From Ostrea edulis (taxonomy: Eukaryota), in NCBI RefSeq assembly GCF_947568905.1, contig NC_079170.1, positions 3,906,001 through 3,970,000 on the forward strand: a DNA stretch of 64,000 nt. Reading direction: 5' to 3'. The notes under the pieces are model-generated. The model ran no database searches and was not told the origin of the DNA. It saw only the letters and a program-made list of their open reading frames with translations. Below are positions 1 to 15,400 of this stretch, piece by piece; the first letter of the stretch is position 1; every line of letters begins with the position of its first letter. The translations under genes and the position numbers were made by a program.

Positions 1-514
1 AAAAATCAGGACTAAATTCTGACTTCAATATTTGATAATAGCGGCCAAAAACACGAATAGGTGCGTATAAATTAATAACTAAATTCTGTAATTTTCACCG
101 TTTTCTGTCGAGGCATACTTTCTTTAAGCTAAATACATTCATTTTATACAGCTCTGAATAAAAGACAGCCAATTACATCCTGAAAATATATTTAATGACC
201 ACAGAGCATCCGTCTTGCCAAGTTTTAATATCGCATATTTTGAATATTGAGCAGGTTCTTTCTAGCAGGAGATGGTCTCCCCATCATTTGATTATACAGC
301 CCAAACGCTGGCAAAACATTACCATAATTGCACGACCACATAACATCAGAATCTCGTACGTCACACCAGAGATGGTATAATCTGTATGTATCCTGAAGAC
401 TCCTAAAGACTAGTTTATATCATATTTAAATAAGAATCGGTCTCAGTGAAACACAGCTCTTGGGCGAGATCGATGGAGGAATATTAAACAGGAGCCACAA
501 ACAAACACACTATC

Positions 515-830
515 AAAATCAGGCAATAGTGGACCTCAGAATTATACATATATCTGTATGTTTCAATATTAAAATCAGGCAATTATAAGTGGACCTCTGT
601 GTTTCAATATTAAAATCAGGCAATAGTGGACCTCAGAATTATCCATACTTCTGTGTTTCAATATTAAAATCAGGCAATAGTGGACCTCAGAATTATACAT
701 ATACTTTTGTATGTTTCAAAAATTAAAATCAGGCAATAGTGGACCTCAGAATTATCCATACTTCTGTGTTTCAATATTAAAATCAGGCAATAGTGGACCT
801 CAGAATTATCCACACTTCTGTATGTTTCAA
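515..830. repeat. Minisatellite, ~54-60 bp unit, about 6 copies
   Basis: Repeated aaaatcaggcaatagtggacctcagaattat core. It explains the short repetitive ORFs 670-897 and 711-926. Confidence 0.9.
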
Positions 831-3800
831 CTTTCAGAATCTCCACCCCACCCCCACATAAAATGGAATTTATTTGAAATATCAGCCAACTTGACAATCC
901 TACATTTTAAGATTATATACTGCTGATATGTTTAGTAATTCATCTACTGGAAAATACATCCGCATCAATAAAAACATCATAATTCAGATCTCATAAACTA
1001 ATAGTAAAATTCCATTCTTCATTTGTGTAACATCAAGCCATAAAACACTAAACACTTTAATATGAGCTTCATGTTAAAATAATGGGACATTTTCAGCGAT
1101 TCTGAAATCTGAAATTCAGAATCGGAAATACGGTTCCATTGGAATTAATTTTGATTAAGTGAGCAATTTTCAGAAGTAATGCAATAATGGAAATTATTGT
1201 TTAATGTGGCACTGTTCCCAGAGCTAAACTAATGGAATGTTCAGCATGCAGTGCAGAATTTAAGCTTTAAATTAAGTTTGGGAAATTTGTACTTTTTACT
1301 GTCAAGATTTCAGTTCTGTCACTAAGCAAATGCAAACTATTTCTGATTTATCCTAATTCTATTCATTATTCCATTTATTACCTAACAACATATGGAATAT
1401 CCAAGCTTAAAAGTCACAAGAATGCAATTTAATGATAGCTTAAACAACCCGAATCATCTCAAAAATATCCCATAGTCTTTCCAAACCAAGCAGGACAACT
1501 TCCTGTAAAATTTGATCTCATATTAAATCTGCAAGTCTTTAGAGAAAGATGTTGCATAGCAACCAGATAATTGGTTTTAATTTTGAGCATGTTTTTACAT
1601 CATAGGCTGATGGTATGTCATTATCTCGAGGATTGAAAACCACGACTGTTGACTTTTTTTCCGCGGTTCCACTTGCCTCGGATGGCAAACTAAGGATGAG
1701 CCGTTTTCTCATTTCCGGCTGCAGCTTTTTTTCCTCCCTTGATCAGCATCCCAAAATTTCATGTGTACATAAAATATCCCTAATTCGTTTCTGATTTGCC
1801 TGCACTGAGTAAATTTGGTAGGAAATTACGGTGTATCACAATGTGGCAATTTAACCGAGAACCAGCAAACAAGTCCCTGACTGGCCATTAATATACCTGC
1901 ATCCCCATTCAATCCACGGTATCATTTTTCAGTCTGATGTTATGTCATTGGCATGTTTCAGGGAAACCATTTCGTTACTAATGAAATTTAGCAATGAAGA
2001 TGAATATCGTTTGCTCTCTCTCATAGAAAGACTGGGATTCAGCATTTACTGTCAGCTTCATACATCTCTCCCACAATACAACTAGATAGCATGGCCTAAT
2101 CAATTCAATGTGCTCATTTCAATGTTTAGATTAAAAATACACCCCCCTAAAAATCTGATAAAACAACAATGTCCTCCATACACTTGGTGGTCCATTCAAT
2201 GCACTGTCAGGAACAACCAGATTTATATAACAAGCATATGTTTTGTATTTTCTAAGCTAGTCTGGAGAAAATTGCTTTTTTAAAATAAAAACAAAATTGT
2301 CTCTCATCTTCCAGCAATCTTCAAGCACCTCAGACACGTGTGATAAATATTATTCCTTCTGCCTGCCTTGGTTTACAGGGTTCCAGGTGCCGTGGATGTG
2401 AAAAATGCCCTCAGCCCATGGCGTTCGTTTCATGTACTCCCACTTGAGCAACTGTCACTCTTAATCACATTCACGAGCCTTAAAATTAAAAACTGGCTCA
2501 ACCTCACTCAGGAATATTTCATATTCTACGTCCTAATGATACACAGTTTTAGCCAAAGTCCTAATGATACACAGTTTTAGCCAAATTTAATCTTGGGGTT
2601 GGAGCTGGTTGATGATACTGGTTTGCAACATGCAAAGTTTCAATGTATTTTTCTGTTTGCTTTATCTTTTTACTCTGAACAAATTATGAATATTCTCAGA
2701 TTTAATGCACTTCCTTTCAGTAACCCACTACAAAGGTACAAAGCATAAGGACATAGTTTGGACAGAATTATTCTGACAGATGAATGGCGACTAGAACTGT
2801 CCTACTAGGATTAATACCATCACAAGGTACGTCATTTGATAATACCGGAATCATCATAGTGTGAGGTACTATTACTGAATCTTCAGAAGTGTCAACTGTT
2901 CTATATTTACCCACAGCGTTTTATTACTTTTTACATGTATTAAATATATATAATTATATATATGTATCTTTAAATATATGCTTTTGAACTTAATTACTCT
3001 TCAATCTTTTCAGTTACAAACCATTAAAGCATAAAATCTAATGATGACAGTCCATCTGCCGGAGTACTCAATCAAATCAAATCACCCTCCCATTTAGAAA
3101 AAACAAAATTTCATAAACAAGTTTAAATGACAGACAACGTGGGGTATATTCCACAAATCACTCTCTATGTTACGATCATGACACATCAAAATTGACTGCT
3201 AACTCGATTACTGCACATTACCATACTCTGAAAGAAACACACAGATCACACTCTTTGACTAACGTTATTAATAATTATGCTAAACTTGTTTTTAGATGGA
3301 TAGATTTGTACATCTAATGACTCAATCAATGAAAAAAAAACCACGAAATGTGATTAAATCACTACAAAAGAAATCTCTGCAACAGCTGAAGTTCCAATGT
3401 CTTCCATTATACCAAGTTTAAAAGAAAACTACCAAGCACAGTGAAATCAATGTTGATTATAATAAAGGCATTTGGAGACAGAAATTCGAGCAGTCAGCAC
3501 TCATCTGCACGTGTACCCTGATTTTTGTGCAGCTACATTGTAATGTGATCTACTACACAGCAGAATGAATGGCCTGGTAGTCTTCCTCATTTGAATTTAC
3601 GCTGAATCAGCTATAAAGTACAAATCACTCCAAATTCACATTCCGTTAAATCCCTAAAATCAGAATGACTCTCAACTTAAGCCGGCTCCAAGGCCCCCCC
3701 ATCAAAAAAGTACAATTGTGTGTATTGGGCCTTCCCTCTCATACCTTTCTAGCCCTTTCATATCACATAGTCGATTGGGCACTTAGGGACCTTTTGACAC

Positions 3801-6800
3801 TGGGTTTAAAATTTTATAGCCAATTATCCACCACAACTCCTTGCTTCCATACCCTAATCAGTCTACCCCCTAGTTGGAGTGAAATCACTGAATAAACAGC
3901 CTATTGTTTAGACCTATCCTCATTTTATGGCAATGTTCACTGGCCGATAACTATCGACATCTCTCATCTACCCATAAAAAATATCGAAAATTGTAAACAA
4001 GTAAACACAGCCGTCGCATTTGAGCCCCGCACCGTGTGACCACATTTCTTAATGCATTACAAGATAATGTTTTACAGGTTTAAATTGCTAGTCTTTTTTC
4101 AGCCATGCTACCTAGATAAGTCAATTTTCCCTATCGACTTTACTTTATCTGAGGTTGTTCCTAACATTGTGCTTCAATTACAGTGTTTACAAGACAAGTT
4201 GATTTCATCTGAATTAATCGAAAGACAGTATATACAAATTTAGCTAACTACATGATCATGTTGTTTATAGGGTTGTGTCTGATCCACTATTTGGACATTC
4301 CATGTTTACAGCAAGAGTCCCGGTACTGAAATTATCATAAGTCATTTACTGTTAGTCAGAAAATCACATGCCAATACAAAATTTCACAAAATCATTTGAT
4401 CAAATAAATTCATGTAAAATTATGATGAGCAACGCTCTATTTTTACCCACGCAAGTGGCATTATACGCCCGTGACCTTTCAGTTCACCATAGTTGAAAAT
4501 TACAATGATTCAGACAGACACACAGACACTCACAGCCAAAAACAAAATGTTGAGGCCCGGAATGTTGGGAGTCCGGGTACAGAAATGATGTAGACATATT
4601 ACTCGTGGAATGTGGAGACTGTAGTCAGTGATGAGGCAGACATGAGACTGAGAATAAGGACAGAGACAGGTATATGTGTAAACATTCAGATGAAGCATTC
4701 TTCCATCCATTGCCACCTGACATCTGCACCATAAAATAGCTCTCTCCCTACTGAAGAAGGAGCATCTAAAGCTATCTCTCTCACTGCTCACTCGCAGTCG
4801 TTCTAGCACGTCTGATGCACGGAAGCGCGACTGATGCAGAGTGAGAGCATTGGAGAGGCCCAGTAAGCTCTCATTTAACACACCAGTAATCATTCACAGA
4901 TTTTCTTAAATGTTCAGAAAATCAGTGGTGGAAGAAAAGGAAAGGCAGAGGAGGTGTTCTGCGGTTTAATGGGATGGGATAGAAAATTGCTGAGGTTCAC
5001 TTTTCTCTGCTGGAAATATGAAAGCTAATAAATTGTTCTTGGTGGGTTTATAATTAAAAGATGCACAGATAGTTTGAGGCAGAACTGCCATTCCTCCTAT
5101 AAAATTTTGACAGTATGCAAATGATGTATAGAGATTTTAATATGAATGAACTGCTCAAGGTCTATCTCTCATAACCCTATGTTCATTTGATACAATGTCT
5201 TTGTCCATTTTTTTCTGCATAATCTGGTAGAAATAAAAGTTACGGTATTAATCATTTATATACTTATATTTCAGCTGCTTCTGGTATTATTACAGAGTCA
5301 GATGATAACAAAAACATAATGCAATTAAATTTGTCATGCACATTTGTGTGGATAGGATATCATACCTTTGTTAACACTCCATTTGAAGCCCACACCCTTT
5401 CCCCCAAAATCTTTTGCATTAAACAACATTATAAGTATTTGAGAATTAAGCACTGATAATGCCCCAATGTGTGGCCATGTTTAACTGTGACCAGTTTCAC
5501 CTTAATGATAGAAATATATCAGTCATATACCCGATTTTATACAAGGTTAAAGAATCTAGTTTGCTATAGTTCAAAATTAAGCTGTAGAGAAATTGAAGAT
5601 ATGTCAGATTTGCAGACCAAGAACAATTAAGGTTTAAAACAGAATGGTAATTTAATACACCCCAAGATTTTCTGTAGAAACGAGATTATAGGATGCAAGT
5701 GAATTACACATTGAAATGCCACGAAAAATTATACATCATTGAGAAATGTTAGGTATATATCCTTAACAAGATAGGGACTTTGGGAACTTCGCTCAGACAG
5801 AACTGTCAAGATTTAAAAGTCTAATTCTGTCCACTCCGCCACAATACAAGACATCCCGTCATTATGCACTTGAAAATCAATCTACGATATCTATTTGGTC
5901 GCTTCCCAGATCAATATGCCGTGACCTTTTTCTGACATGAGATAAAAATCAATACATCTATCAACGATTATTCCATACCACCAAATCTTGTCTACCCTAA
6001 CAATGCCACCCTTTAAAAAAATAAATACCCAAATACTCCTGCTCCAATGCTCGAGGAGTTTCTTGATGATTTCCATGGAAGATCACTAGTAGGGAAAGGC
6101 AACTCACATCAAGTGTAATGACCCCTAATGAGTTCTAATTTCAAAAAATGTGGCTCATGAAAAGTGAAAGCATTCCATTAATGTGTGACACTTACATTGA
6201 TTATTACGCTAGACAATACACACAGTCACTGGTTATGTACACCATGCATGACCAAGCACCGCTACCCACAGTTATATCTAAAGGGTTGATCTCGAACTTT
6301 AGGATTGCATCGCTCAGACAGAATCAGAGTATCTTAGTACCATCTGACACAAAATATGTACCACTGTGGCACTGTCACAAAGGACCACCGAGAATTTGTT
6401 GTCAAAACCGTAAAACACCTGGACCCATCAATGGGGGACAAACTCTGGACACTGTCCAAGTTAAGGACTATATGTGACACAAGAGGACAAAGCCTGCAAT
6501 AGCGACTCATATCTCATTAGATAGTTAGTAAGATACAGAACTAAATCTGCTGATCATACCCCGACTTCTACGAGAAGGTGGATTACAAATCTGGCCATTT
6601 CCCAAGTTAGATAGATGACACACATGTGGATAGAATATGTACACTAACAGACAACATGATCCGGCGATTATCCGTACACCGATATACATGTATGTCAACA
6701 AGTCTTCAATAGGTACACTTTTGTACCGAGTGTTTGAAGATTCTCAACCAGCACATTTACTTTGCAATAGACATCTTAACACCGAGAACACCCAGCCTTT

Positions 6801-8378
6801 AACCTCTCATACTGTCACAGTTCTCTATCAATGTAGTGGTGAATATACGCCCGTGGTTTCAGTCAATTAGCTCCCCCCTCGTGTCCTGAAGAAGTGAAGA
6901 CCAAGAACTCTATGATTTTGTGGAGATTAATTGTTAATTGGCTCAATTACCATTTTTACTGTATATTTCAGACATTCAGTCATAAGTATTCAATAAATAA
7001 GCTTCTACTGAGTTCAGGATTTATGCAAATGCCATCATCATCTGCAACTTCAGCACTTATTGGGTAACTAATGCACTTGCAGAAGAATCGTTTTCCTGTC
7101 TGAGTTTAGAAACACTTTCACGAGACGGTTCTTTTCTTGTCTACCAAGGCAATAAAAGTGACTCATCAATCCTTGGAAAATCAACAAAATTTTGAAAATT
7201 CAGAAATTTCTACTGAGAGAGATATGTCATTCTTCAATGTATCAAAAAACATCAAAAAGCAATTCTGTTTCATTCGGGTGAGTAACCGCTTCAGGGTTTC
7301 CTGAATTGATATCACACCACAGAACTAAAAGGGAATTAAGATTTCTTATGCACTAAAAGCCAACACACGTAATACATAAAGTCTCATAAGATTGCCCTAG
7401 AAAAAGATAAGATATAGTTCAACATAATTTTATCATACACCTCTAAAACTTTGACACTTTCAAGAACACCAAAGATGTTAATTGAAACAAAAACTACGTG
7501 ATCTTATTCACACAGCTAAAAATTTACTCGAAATAGCGGAATTTGCTTGTTCATGTTTCCTGCTATATATTCCTGTCAGTTTCCGTGAGAGATATATATA
7601 TTATAATAAATATTGTACCATGTTGTTCCAATGACCTGCTTCTGAAAAGCTCCATCCTTGCCAACTCATTGTCAGTTTCAAGTAGCAAAATGAAATCAAT
7701 CTGCGATTTTATTGTCCAAACTCTGACATGCCCCAATTTTCTCTTTCTTTTAATGTAATTGAGCAAACGACTCTAAAAATCCTAAATATTTTTGTATGTA
7801 TCTGATTACTGACTTTCATGTATGTGTGGTAATTGAAGGGGTGGTATAATTTTGTAAGAAATGTTAGCTTCAATGATGCTCTGTTTCATTGTGTCGTGTA
7901 GTATTTGCCAGATATATAATCATGCAGCATTAACATTTATCAGTTCTATTGAAAAATTATAAATTTTTATGTGGGTCAGCTATGATTCTATGATTGTCTA
8001 TGTAATATAATGAATATTTCAATTCGGCCTCCATGTGCCTTAAAAGTCAGTTGCATATTGTACAAAAATTTTAGATGAAAAAATATCTCTACCATAGAGT
8101 GTTTTCACAATAAATCAATCACATATGTACTAGTATTAATTTTCAAAAAATCTATAAGGAAGTTTTTGGAGTTTTTATTTTTCTTGAAATTTGTTGTACG
8201 TCTGAATAGATCGAATTTCAATAGAAATGATGAAGATCCAACTTTATATATGAAATGCAAGAAAAAAAGGATGGATTAAAAAAAAAAAAAATTCTATACA
8301 TTTTAGCAATAATATAATCAGTTCTGTACAAATTTCTATAGCAACGTCCCTCACCCAATGTCTTCAAGTCTTTCAATT

Positions 8379-8667
8379 GGTCGCGGTAGCTCAGTGATAG
8401 AGCGTTCACTTCGTAACCGGAAAGTCGTGAGTACGAGCCTAGCTCATGTCATGTCCGGGTCAAACCCGAGACTTACACATAGGTTAAGTGATTGCTTCCT
8501 CGCCAAAGCTTGGCATTTAGAAGTCAGTGTCGCAGAGGTCTTTAAAAAAAAAGAAGTCCCGAGTGATAAGCATAGCTAGGTCTAAATTTGTGGTACTTCA
8601 CCTACAGTTAGTGACATTTCAATACGAGGAAAAAATTCTCAAAGGGACGTAAAATAAACAAAACAAT
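8379..8667 (+). mobile_element. tRNA-derived SINE
   Basis: tRNA-like head with A box (tagctcagtga) and a degenerate B box. The central segment resembles the SINE at 62372. The 3' tail gggacgtaaaataaacaaaacaa resembles the minus-strand SINE tails at 60071 and 60753. Confidence 0.7.
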
Positions 8668-8719
8668 TTTCTAACATTATTACGACAATATGACCCCAGG
8701 AGAACAAGACAGGGACACA

Positions 8720-9000
8720 TACATCGATTCTACTCCTACTGATTTCAGAACATAAAGACATGGACACGTCCTTAAATCGATTCTACCCCTACTGATTTCA
8801 GAACATAAAGACTGGTCAGAAAAGAAAAAAACACGGTGTTTGTATACCGTAATGAATATTGTTAGGTATATATGTGTTAAAATCTGAAATACACACACTT
8901 TCAGAACATAAAGACTGGCAAGAAAAGAAAAAAACATGGTGTTTGTATACCGTAATGAATATTGTAGGTATATATGTGTTAAAATCTGAAATACACACAC
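8720..9000. repeat. Compound short tandem duplications (~55 bp x2, ~100 bp x2)
   Basis: cgattctac..ctactgatttcagaacataaagac occurs twice. The ttcagaacataaagactgg...aaatacacacac block also occurs twice. Confidence 0.85.
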
Positions 9001-11794
9001 CATGAACATAATTTGATATGTGAAAGTGTCAACTTATGTGTAGTTTACATTAATGATACAAATAAAGTGGGAATATAATAAAGCAGGAAGTAATGAGGAG
9101 GAACTTGTTGATCAAATTGACCACAAGACAAGGACATATTACATGCAGAGAATGGAGGATAAGCTCCTATAAGAACACTTGATGTACATTTAACGGCTGA
9201 GCTTCGACAAGTCAGAATTTGGAGTGGTATATTCATAAGTTACAGGCATTGTTTTTGCCCCCTTTCCTTCTACAAGTGGGGAATAAGGTGTCTTCTTTGG
9301 ATTATCAGGACTAATGTGTCGAGTAAACACTTAGCTTCTTCTGGTGTTGACAGCCCTATCCAAATTCAGATAACAACCTGTCAGCTTTAACCATTGGCAA
9401 ATTTTTCATTTCTTCATAAAACTGCTATTCATGTAGATACATCTAACGAAGCTCTGAAATATTTTACACTTTTTATAAAGAGAGCTGACGATTTTATTTC
9501 TTATCCCCATTAAATTATCTGCAAACTTCAGAAAATTGCAGCCAAAAAAATTTAAACAAAAATTCACTGCCATTACACTTGCAGGAAATATTTACATTAA
9601 AATCAATTACTTTGTGTGTCTGACAAATTTTTGGAACATGGAAAGTCAATTTATCTTGAAGTAATGAGAAATCAAGGGATAAATTTTGGCACGGTAAAAT
9701 TCAACACCCTGCAGATCTGTCCATTACTGCACCTCTCACACCTGCAGAAGACTAAGTTATCACGGTCCCGTGGAGTAGGTGATATTACATGGACTTGGAA
9801 TGCAAAGGTCATGATAGCCTGCCAGCTTGCACATGTTTCCTTCCCCCTTATATCAGTAAAAATTTAAACCAAAAAAAAAAAACAACAAAAAAACCAAAAA
9901 AAAAAAAAAAAAAAAAAAAATTGAACGAATGTGTTAGTGTCCTTGACAATACCACCTTCCATTGTCTTTGACCTTGTCCAATCAACACCCCACCCCCTCC
10001 CTTTGCAGCTATGTGGCCCAGACATAACTTACAAAAATATCTAATTTGTACACCAATCTCTGGTTCCTAAAAAATATTATACTGCATAATCTTATTCCAG
10101 TATCTATCTATTTTAAAATGAGAATAATCATAACCGCTGGAATCTAATTGAAACGGAAAATATTCCAAGACCACAATGATTTGCAATCCATCATCAATCT
10201 TTGACAGCTCTGAAAGGTAGGAAAAATCATGATTCACGTCAAAACTCTTCTCTATGTTATATGTCAAAACAATAATTTCCTAGATACCACCAAAAATATG
10301 AAATCTGTGAGTATTTTCAATCTTGTACCTGTAATGACTTCATATCTGTTTGAATTTTTTCCCCCTGTTATACTCGCCAACGGATTCTGTAAGCAGACCG
10401 ACAGCCCCCTTTGCTTACACAAAAAACCCTGAACAAAGGGCATCTGGATACCAATTAGAAGATTTATATTTACACAAACACATGATCCCTTGTCTCAGAT
10501 TACGCAACTAAAATCCGACAGATGCTCGCTAGTTCAGGATTTGTTTTTTACACTGGTGTCTTTTGTTCAATTGATTTATTTCTCAAGATTGTAAATAAAA
10601 TGCGTAATATTCCGAAAATGATATTCTATGTTTATTTTTATAAAACAGCTTCCCCTCGCCTTGTACTTAATGGAATCTTAGCAGATAGGATTTCTTACCT
10701 CATCTCAATCAAAGATTGCAAATTAACTTTCCATGAAACTTAAGGCTATAAAGAGATCAAATCGTAAGATTTATTTTTTATGTGAAATACATCAGTCCAA
10801 CACTTACATCAACAAGAACTGAATAAAATTCCTATATATTGGGTTAATATTAACAGTTCTGAACTGCAAAATTGAGTAAAGGTACGAGCAGATATCCATT
10901 CACAAATACTGCATCAGCTCCTGGTACACTATTGGCCATCTCCATGCCTAATCCATTACCTCAGTTGATCAAATGAAATTTCCGGGTTACAAGGCATATT
11001 AACCCTTTGATGAGATGGCCAGAGACCAGTAAAACAAATATACAGTCATCCCAAAATAATATATTGAAGGTAACTAAAGGCAATTAGCTTTATGAACTCC
11101 CGTACTCTGGGGGGATGGGAAGTTTTTCAAGAGAGTATAGAACGAGATGAACAGAATCAGGAAGGGGAATTTCAACAGATGGTTTACTGAAAATGTCAAC
11201 ACACCACATGCATCAGACTGTCAACAATTGATAGTCAATCACGTATTTGTAATATTGTGATACCAGGGTGAACCGTGTTGCAGGGACAGGACACCACAGA
11301 CTTCTCCTGTTACACGGTGTAAACACAGACTCCCTCTCATTGCAGCTCTTTAAAAATCAACTAAACATGAAAATGCACTTATCTGGCATCAGGATTGTAA
11401 ATCGAGAAAACTTCTGTGTCATTGACATTTTAAAAGGACTGCTGTTATTTTCTAACACCTAGTGAAAAAGACAGATAATTTCATTACGAGGGTGGAAGAA
11501 TGGGTTGATGGATGAAATACAGAAGTTTGTTTATCGTCAGTCATCTGCCCCGTTTGAAAATGAGATGTGTCACTGATCTCCGGGTGTGACCTTTGCCTAG
11601 TGTAGAGAGACAGGAAGGCTTTTTGTGTACAATTGTTTATTTTACAAATACATACAGAAATAAGACTATTTACATAATCTAACTGTTTTATTATGATGGA
11701 GGAATATGAGGTGCATGGAGGCATAACTTATATATACTGGTATATATTGCCTATATAATAAACTTTTTACATTGAAGCCTGAGCAAACCAACAC

Positions 11795-12175
11795 TCACCT
11801 GTACACAATAAGTGTACTACATACAGAAGCCAGAGAAAACCAACATCTACCGGTACACAATGAATGTACTACATACAGAAGCCAGAGAAAACCAACATCT
11901 ACCGGTACACAATGAGTGCACTACATACAGAAGCCAGAGAAAACCAACATCCACCGGTACACAATGAGTGTACTACATACAGAAGCCAGAGAAAACCAAC
12001 ATCTACCGGTACACAATGAATGTACTACATACAGAAGTCAGAGAAAACCAACATCTACCGGTACACAATGAATGTACTACATAGAGAAAACCAACATCCA
12101 CCGGTACACAATGAATGTACTACATAGAGAAAACCAACATCTACCGGTACACAATGACTGTACTACATAGAAGCT
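11795..12175. repeat. Minisatellite, 52-bp unit, about 7 copies
   Basis: Unit cggtacacaatgaatgtactacatacagaagccagagaaaaccaacatctac; the last copies are shortened. Confidence 0.95.
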
Positions 12176-12213
12176 AAAGCCAACGGACACCCTTATTACG
12201 AGTTAAAGCTGAC

Positions 12214-12430
12214 GGGGGGGGGGGGGGGGGGGGGGGGGGGAGTACTGTATAGGGGGTTGGTGGGTAGTACTGTATAGGGGGGGTGGGGGGCTAGTACTGT
12301 ATAGGGGGGGGGGCGGGGTAGTACTGTATAGGGGGGGGGGTAGTAGTACTGTATAGGTGTCTGATTGGGGGGGTGGGGGGAGGGGGGGGGGGTAGTACTG
12401 TATAGGGAGGGGGTAGTACTGTATAGGTGT
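12214..12430 (+). repeat. G-rich tandem repeat (agtactgtatag plus G-runs)
   Basis: Long G-run followed by about 7 copies of tagtactgtataggg with variable G tracts. Confidence 0.9.
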
Positions 12431-15400
12431 CTGTTCTCCCACCAGTCACAATCGCCTGAAGAGCACTGACATGCCAAAATGGATGAACAAGGAGAAGCAG
12501 TTGTTTATTGAGCTCGGAATATTGGATAGTTAAACAAATTCATCTAATAAACAGATTGCACTCAACTTCAAAGACCTCAAGCTCTTAAGAGCCATCCCTT
12601 CTGCAACCCGCTAAATCTGGAAATATCATTCAATGTAATTTTTTTTTTTACAATATTATATATTACCATGGTAACATATGAATCAAAGGGCATTTATGCA
12701 GCTGTCAGATTTTGAAAAGCTCTGCATAAAAGTATTTTTTAAAATATCAGAAATGAAGCCCTCCATCATCCAATGTCAGAATAATCATTTCTGATGTCTT
12801 TCCGTAATTCGGTCTCTGACAGAAGAGCTTGTTTCTCTCATGAGGAGTGCACTCAATCAAATCGGAAAAGGTCCTCCAGAATGTGGAGATCTCTTAACAG
12901 TGAATCAGTCTGCCATGCAATATTGCAGATAACCCCGTGGAACATTGTAGATTGTATTTGATTCTGTACAACATTACCACAGTCACCATGCACATGTAAA
13001 AATAAGCAAGACCAAAAACATGGCCCGGGACAGGCCTTATCAAATTCAATGACTTCATGATAGCTGCAATCAGTCATAGGAAATTAAATTAATTTTTGTA
13101 TCTGATTCTGTTTTCTATCACTTCAGCTTACACCTCGACATGCTTGCTGTATCGTCAAATGTTACACCGACAGTATCGGGGAAATCTCCAACATGAATAT
13201 TGCATAGGATGGTAGACAATTATACGATGCCTGTTGCTGTGTTATAAAAGGCTGTAAGTTTTTTTTTTGGGGGGGGGGGGAGAATTAGTGAGAAACATGG
13301 GATTCTGGGATCAAGGGAAGGTGAAAATTCACCAGGGATGCTGATGATTTACAACATTATCAATTCCTCAAGGGTATCCCTTTATTGGCACCGAGCTGCT
13401 CACACTTAATCTTTAAACCAGGTACACTGAAGTCAACTGCTAAACTGCTGCTCATTTAAAAAAACCAAATTCAAACTAATTCAGTCAAAATAGACTTTAA
13501 TGGCCTTAGTATAAATTTTCTTTGAACTTTAAAAACTACATTCAAGTGAAGAACATTTTTTAATTCTATCAATCCACTGGACAAATAAGCCATATGGCCG
13601 GGCTATTCACTAAATGACAGAGATTTTGAGTGAAGGAGAGTCTGAACACCCTAAACCTGTTAAAAGTCGGGATTATGGGTCGGGATTTTTGATTCCTTGA
13701 ATCATTAGAAGCCCTTTCGTTAATCAGTTCTACTCATCCCTACATGCATGTTGACGTGACTGCTTATATCAGAACTATATCTGTTAATTCTCAGAGTAAA
13801 TATCCCGAAACTACACTACCCCTTATAATCCATTAACGCTTTCCTTCCTCTGGTTCTCACAAATTATGAAAATAAATTGATTTTTCTTAGTTCACAAAGT
13901 TCAGAAAAATAGACGCTATTTTCCCTTTAAGTTCCGGTACGAATTTATGCCACATCCATGTTGACAATTAACCTAATTACAAGTACATACTATAATGTTT
14001 TAGTGTCAGAGGAAATTCTGGACAAAACTAAGAATCATAATACCTCATCCTGTTCGATTGGTACAAGACCAAACAAAAAGGATGTCCATTGTGGAGAATT
14101 TTCACACTATAAGGTTCTCTACATGTACACATGCAAATGGATTCTCAGAGTTTACAGACAATTCATGAAGAAATATTCAATATTACATACTCAGGTATGA
14201 TAATAAGCCCAAGGTGATAAAGTGTATTGATTGGTTAATGAATCCCGTACTTAATCTATTATTTATTAAGCAAAATCTCGTAAAAAAAAACCCCCAAAAG
14301 TGTAATAGCTTAATGCACCAAGCGCATACTTGCTTTGTTGTGATGGAATGCATCCATTTTCCATGCAATTAACTAGAATAACATTTCCAGTAAATGTTGC
14401 ATGCAGAAAGATCACTGTGAAAATTTCACTGACGCCACCATCGACTTGCAATCAATACCCTGTTTAATAAATATCACTTTCATTAAAAAAAATTAATTTT
14501 TCATGGGAATTATGGATAATTTTACACATCTATCTCACCATTCCAGATAAACCCCCGGCTTTGATCAGGTTGATAGACAACCACTTGTGAATCTCGATAC
14601 TTATACTTTCATTTCGAAGTCAACTGCTTTTCAGGGAATTTTCTCTAGGCAGATTTATTTCAAATTTAAAATTCCTCCAAGTTCATTAAAAGATAAAAGA
14701 TTCAGAAAGCAATTTACAAGCACTCTTCATTTCAGATCATCTGTTATTCTCTCAAAATAAAGCTTTAAAATTGCTCATAAATCGGAACCACAAACTGCAT
14801 GGATGATACGAAAACATCTGGGAGTTGATGGTCGCCATACAGCACACATTCTTGTGTCAACATGCTCTCTGTAATACATCAAGACATTGAAGAGAAATCT
14901 ACCCAGAGTGACACTTTGTCCAGGGTGAAATAAAAGGGTAGCCTGTCTGATAAGATCTTAATGAACTTGTTGGTAGTTTATCAAGTTTCAGTTTTTACTC
15001 AGGGACACACCCTGAGGTCAAACAGAATTCTCATACAACGACCACAGACCTCATCCACAGACCTCATCGCTGTCTGCGGCACCCACACAAAGCTTGGGAG
15101 ACAGAAAGAATTCTCTCAAATATACCTGTTGAATCAGCATAGATTCAGTTCAAATGAGATTCTTAAAACTGTTACCCATGCATTTAATTAATATACTCAA
15201 ATTTCGATTTGGTCTTGAAATGAGAATGAATTGTAATGATCCTAATCAAAATATTGCAGTACATACATATAGAAATTCTGATTTGCAGACTTTTTCTGAT
15301 ACAATGATAGGTAAGAAAAAAAAACCCATTTATCTTAAATGCCTGACATGTTAAATTGTTGATATCTTATGCACAAAGAAGAGGGGTGCAGCTAACCATT

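Noticed and set aside
4510-4893. 127-aa minus-strand ORF
   Set aside because: No recognisable motif and no convincing flanking splice sites in frame.
9195-9330. Minus-strand peptide ...PVTYEYTTP resembling testin VTYEWAPP
   Set aside because: Bounded by in-frame stops, no good acceptor, and no following PET motifs (YM..LP, QLP.HD).
12196-12477. Proline/tyrosine-rich extensin-like ORFs
   Set aside because: Reverse-strand reading of the G-rich repeat.
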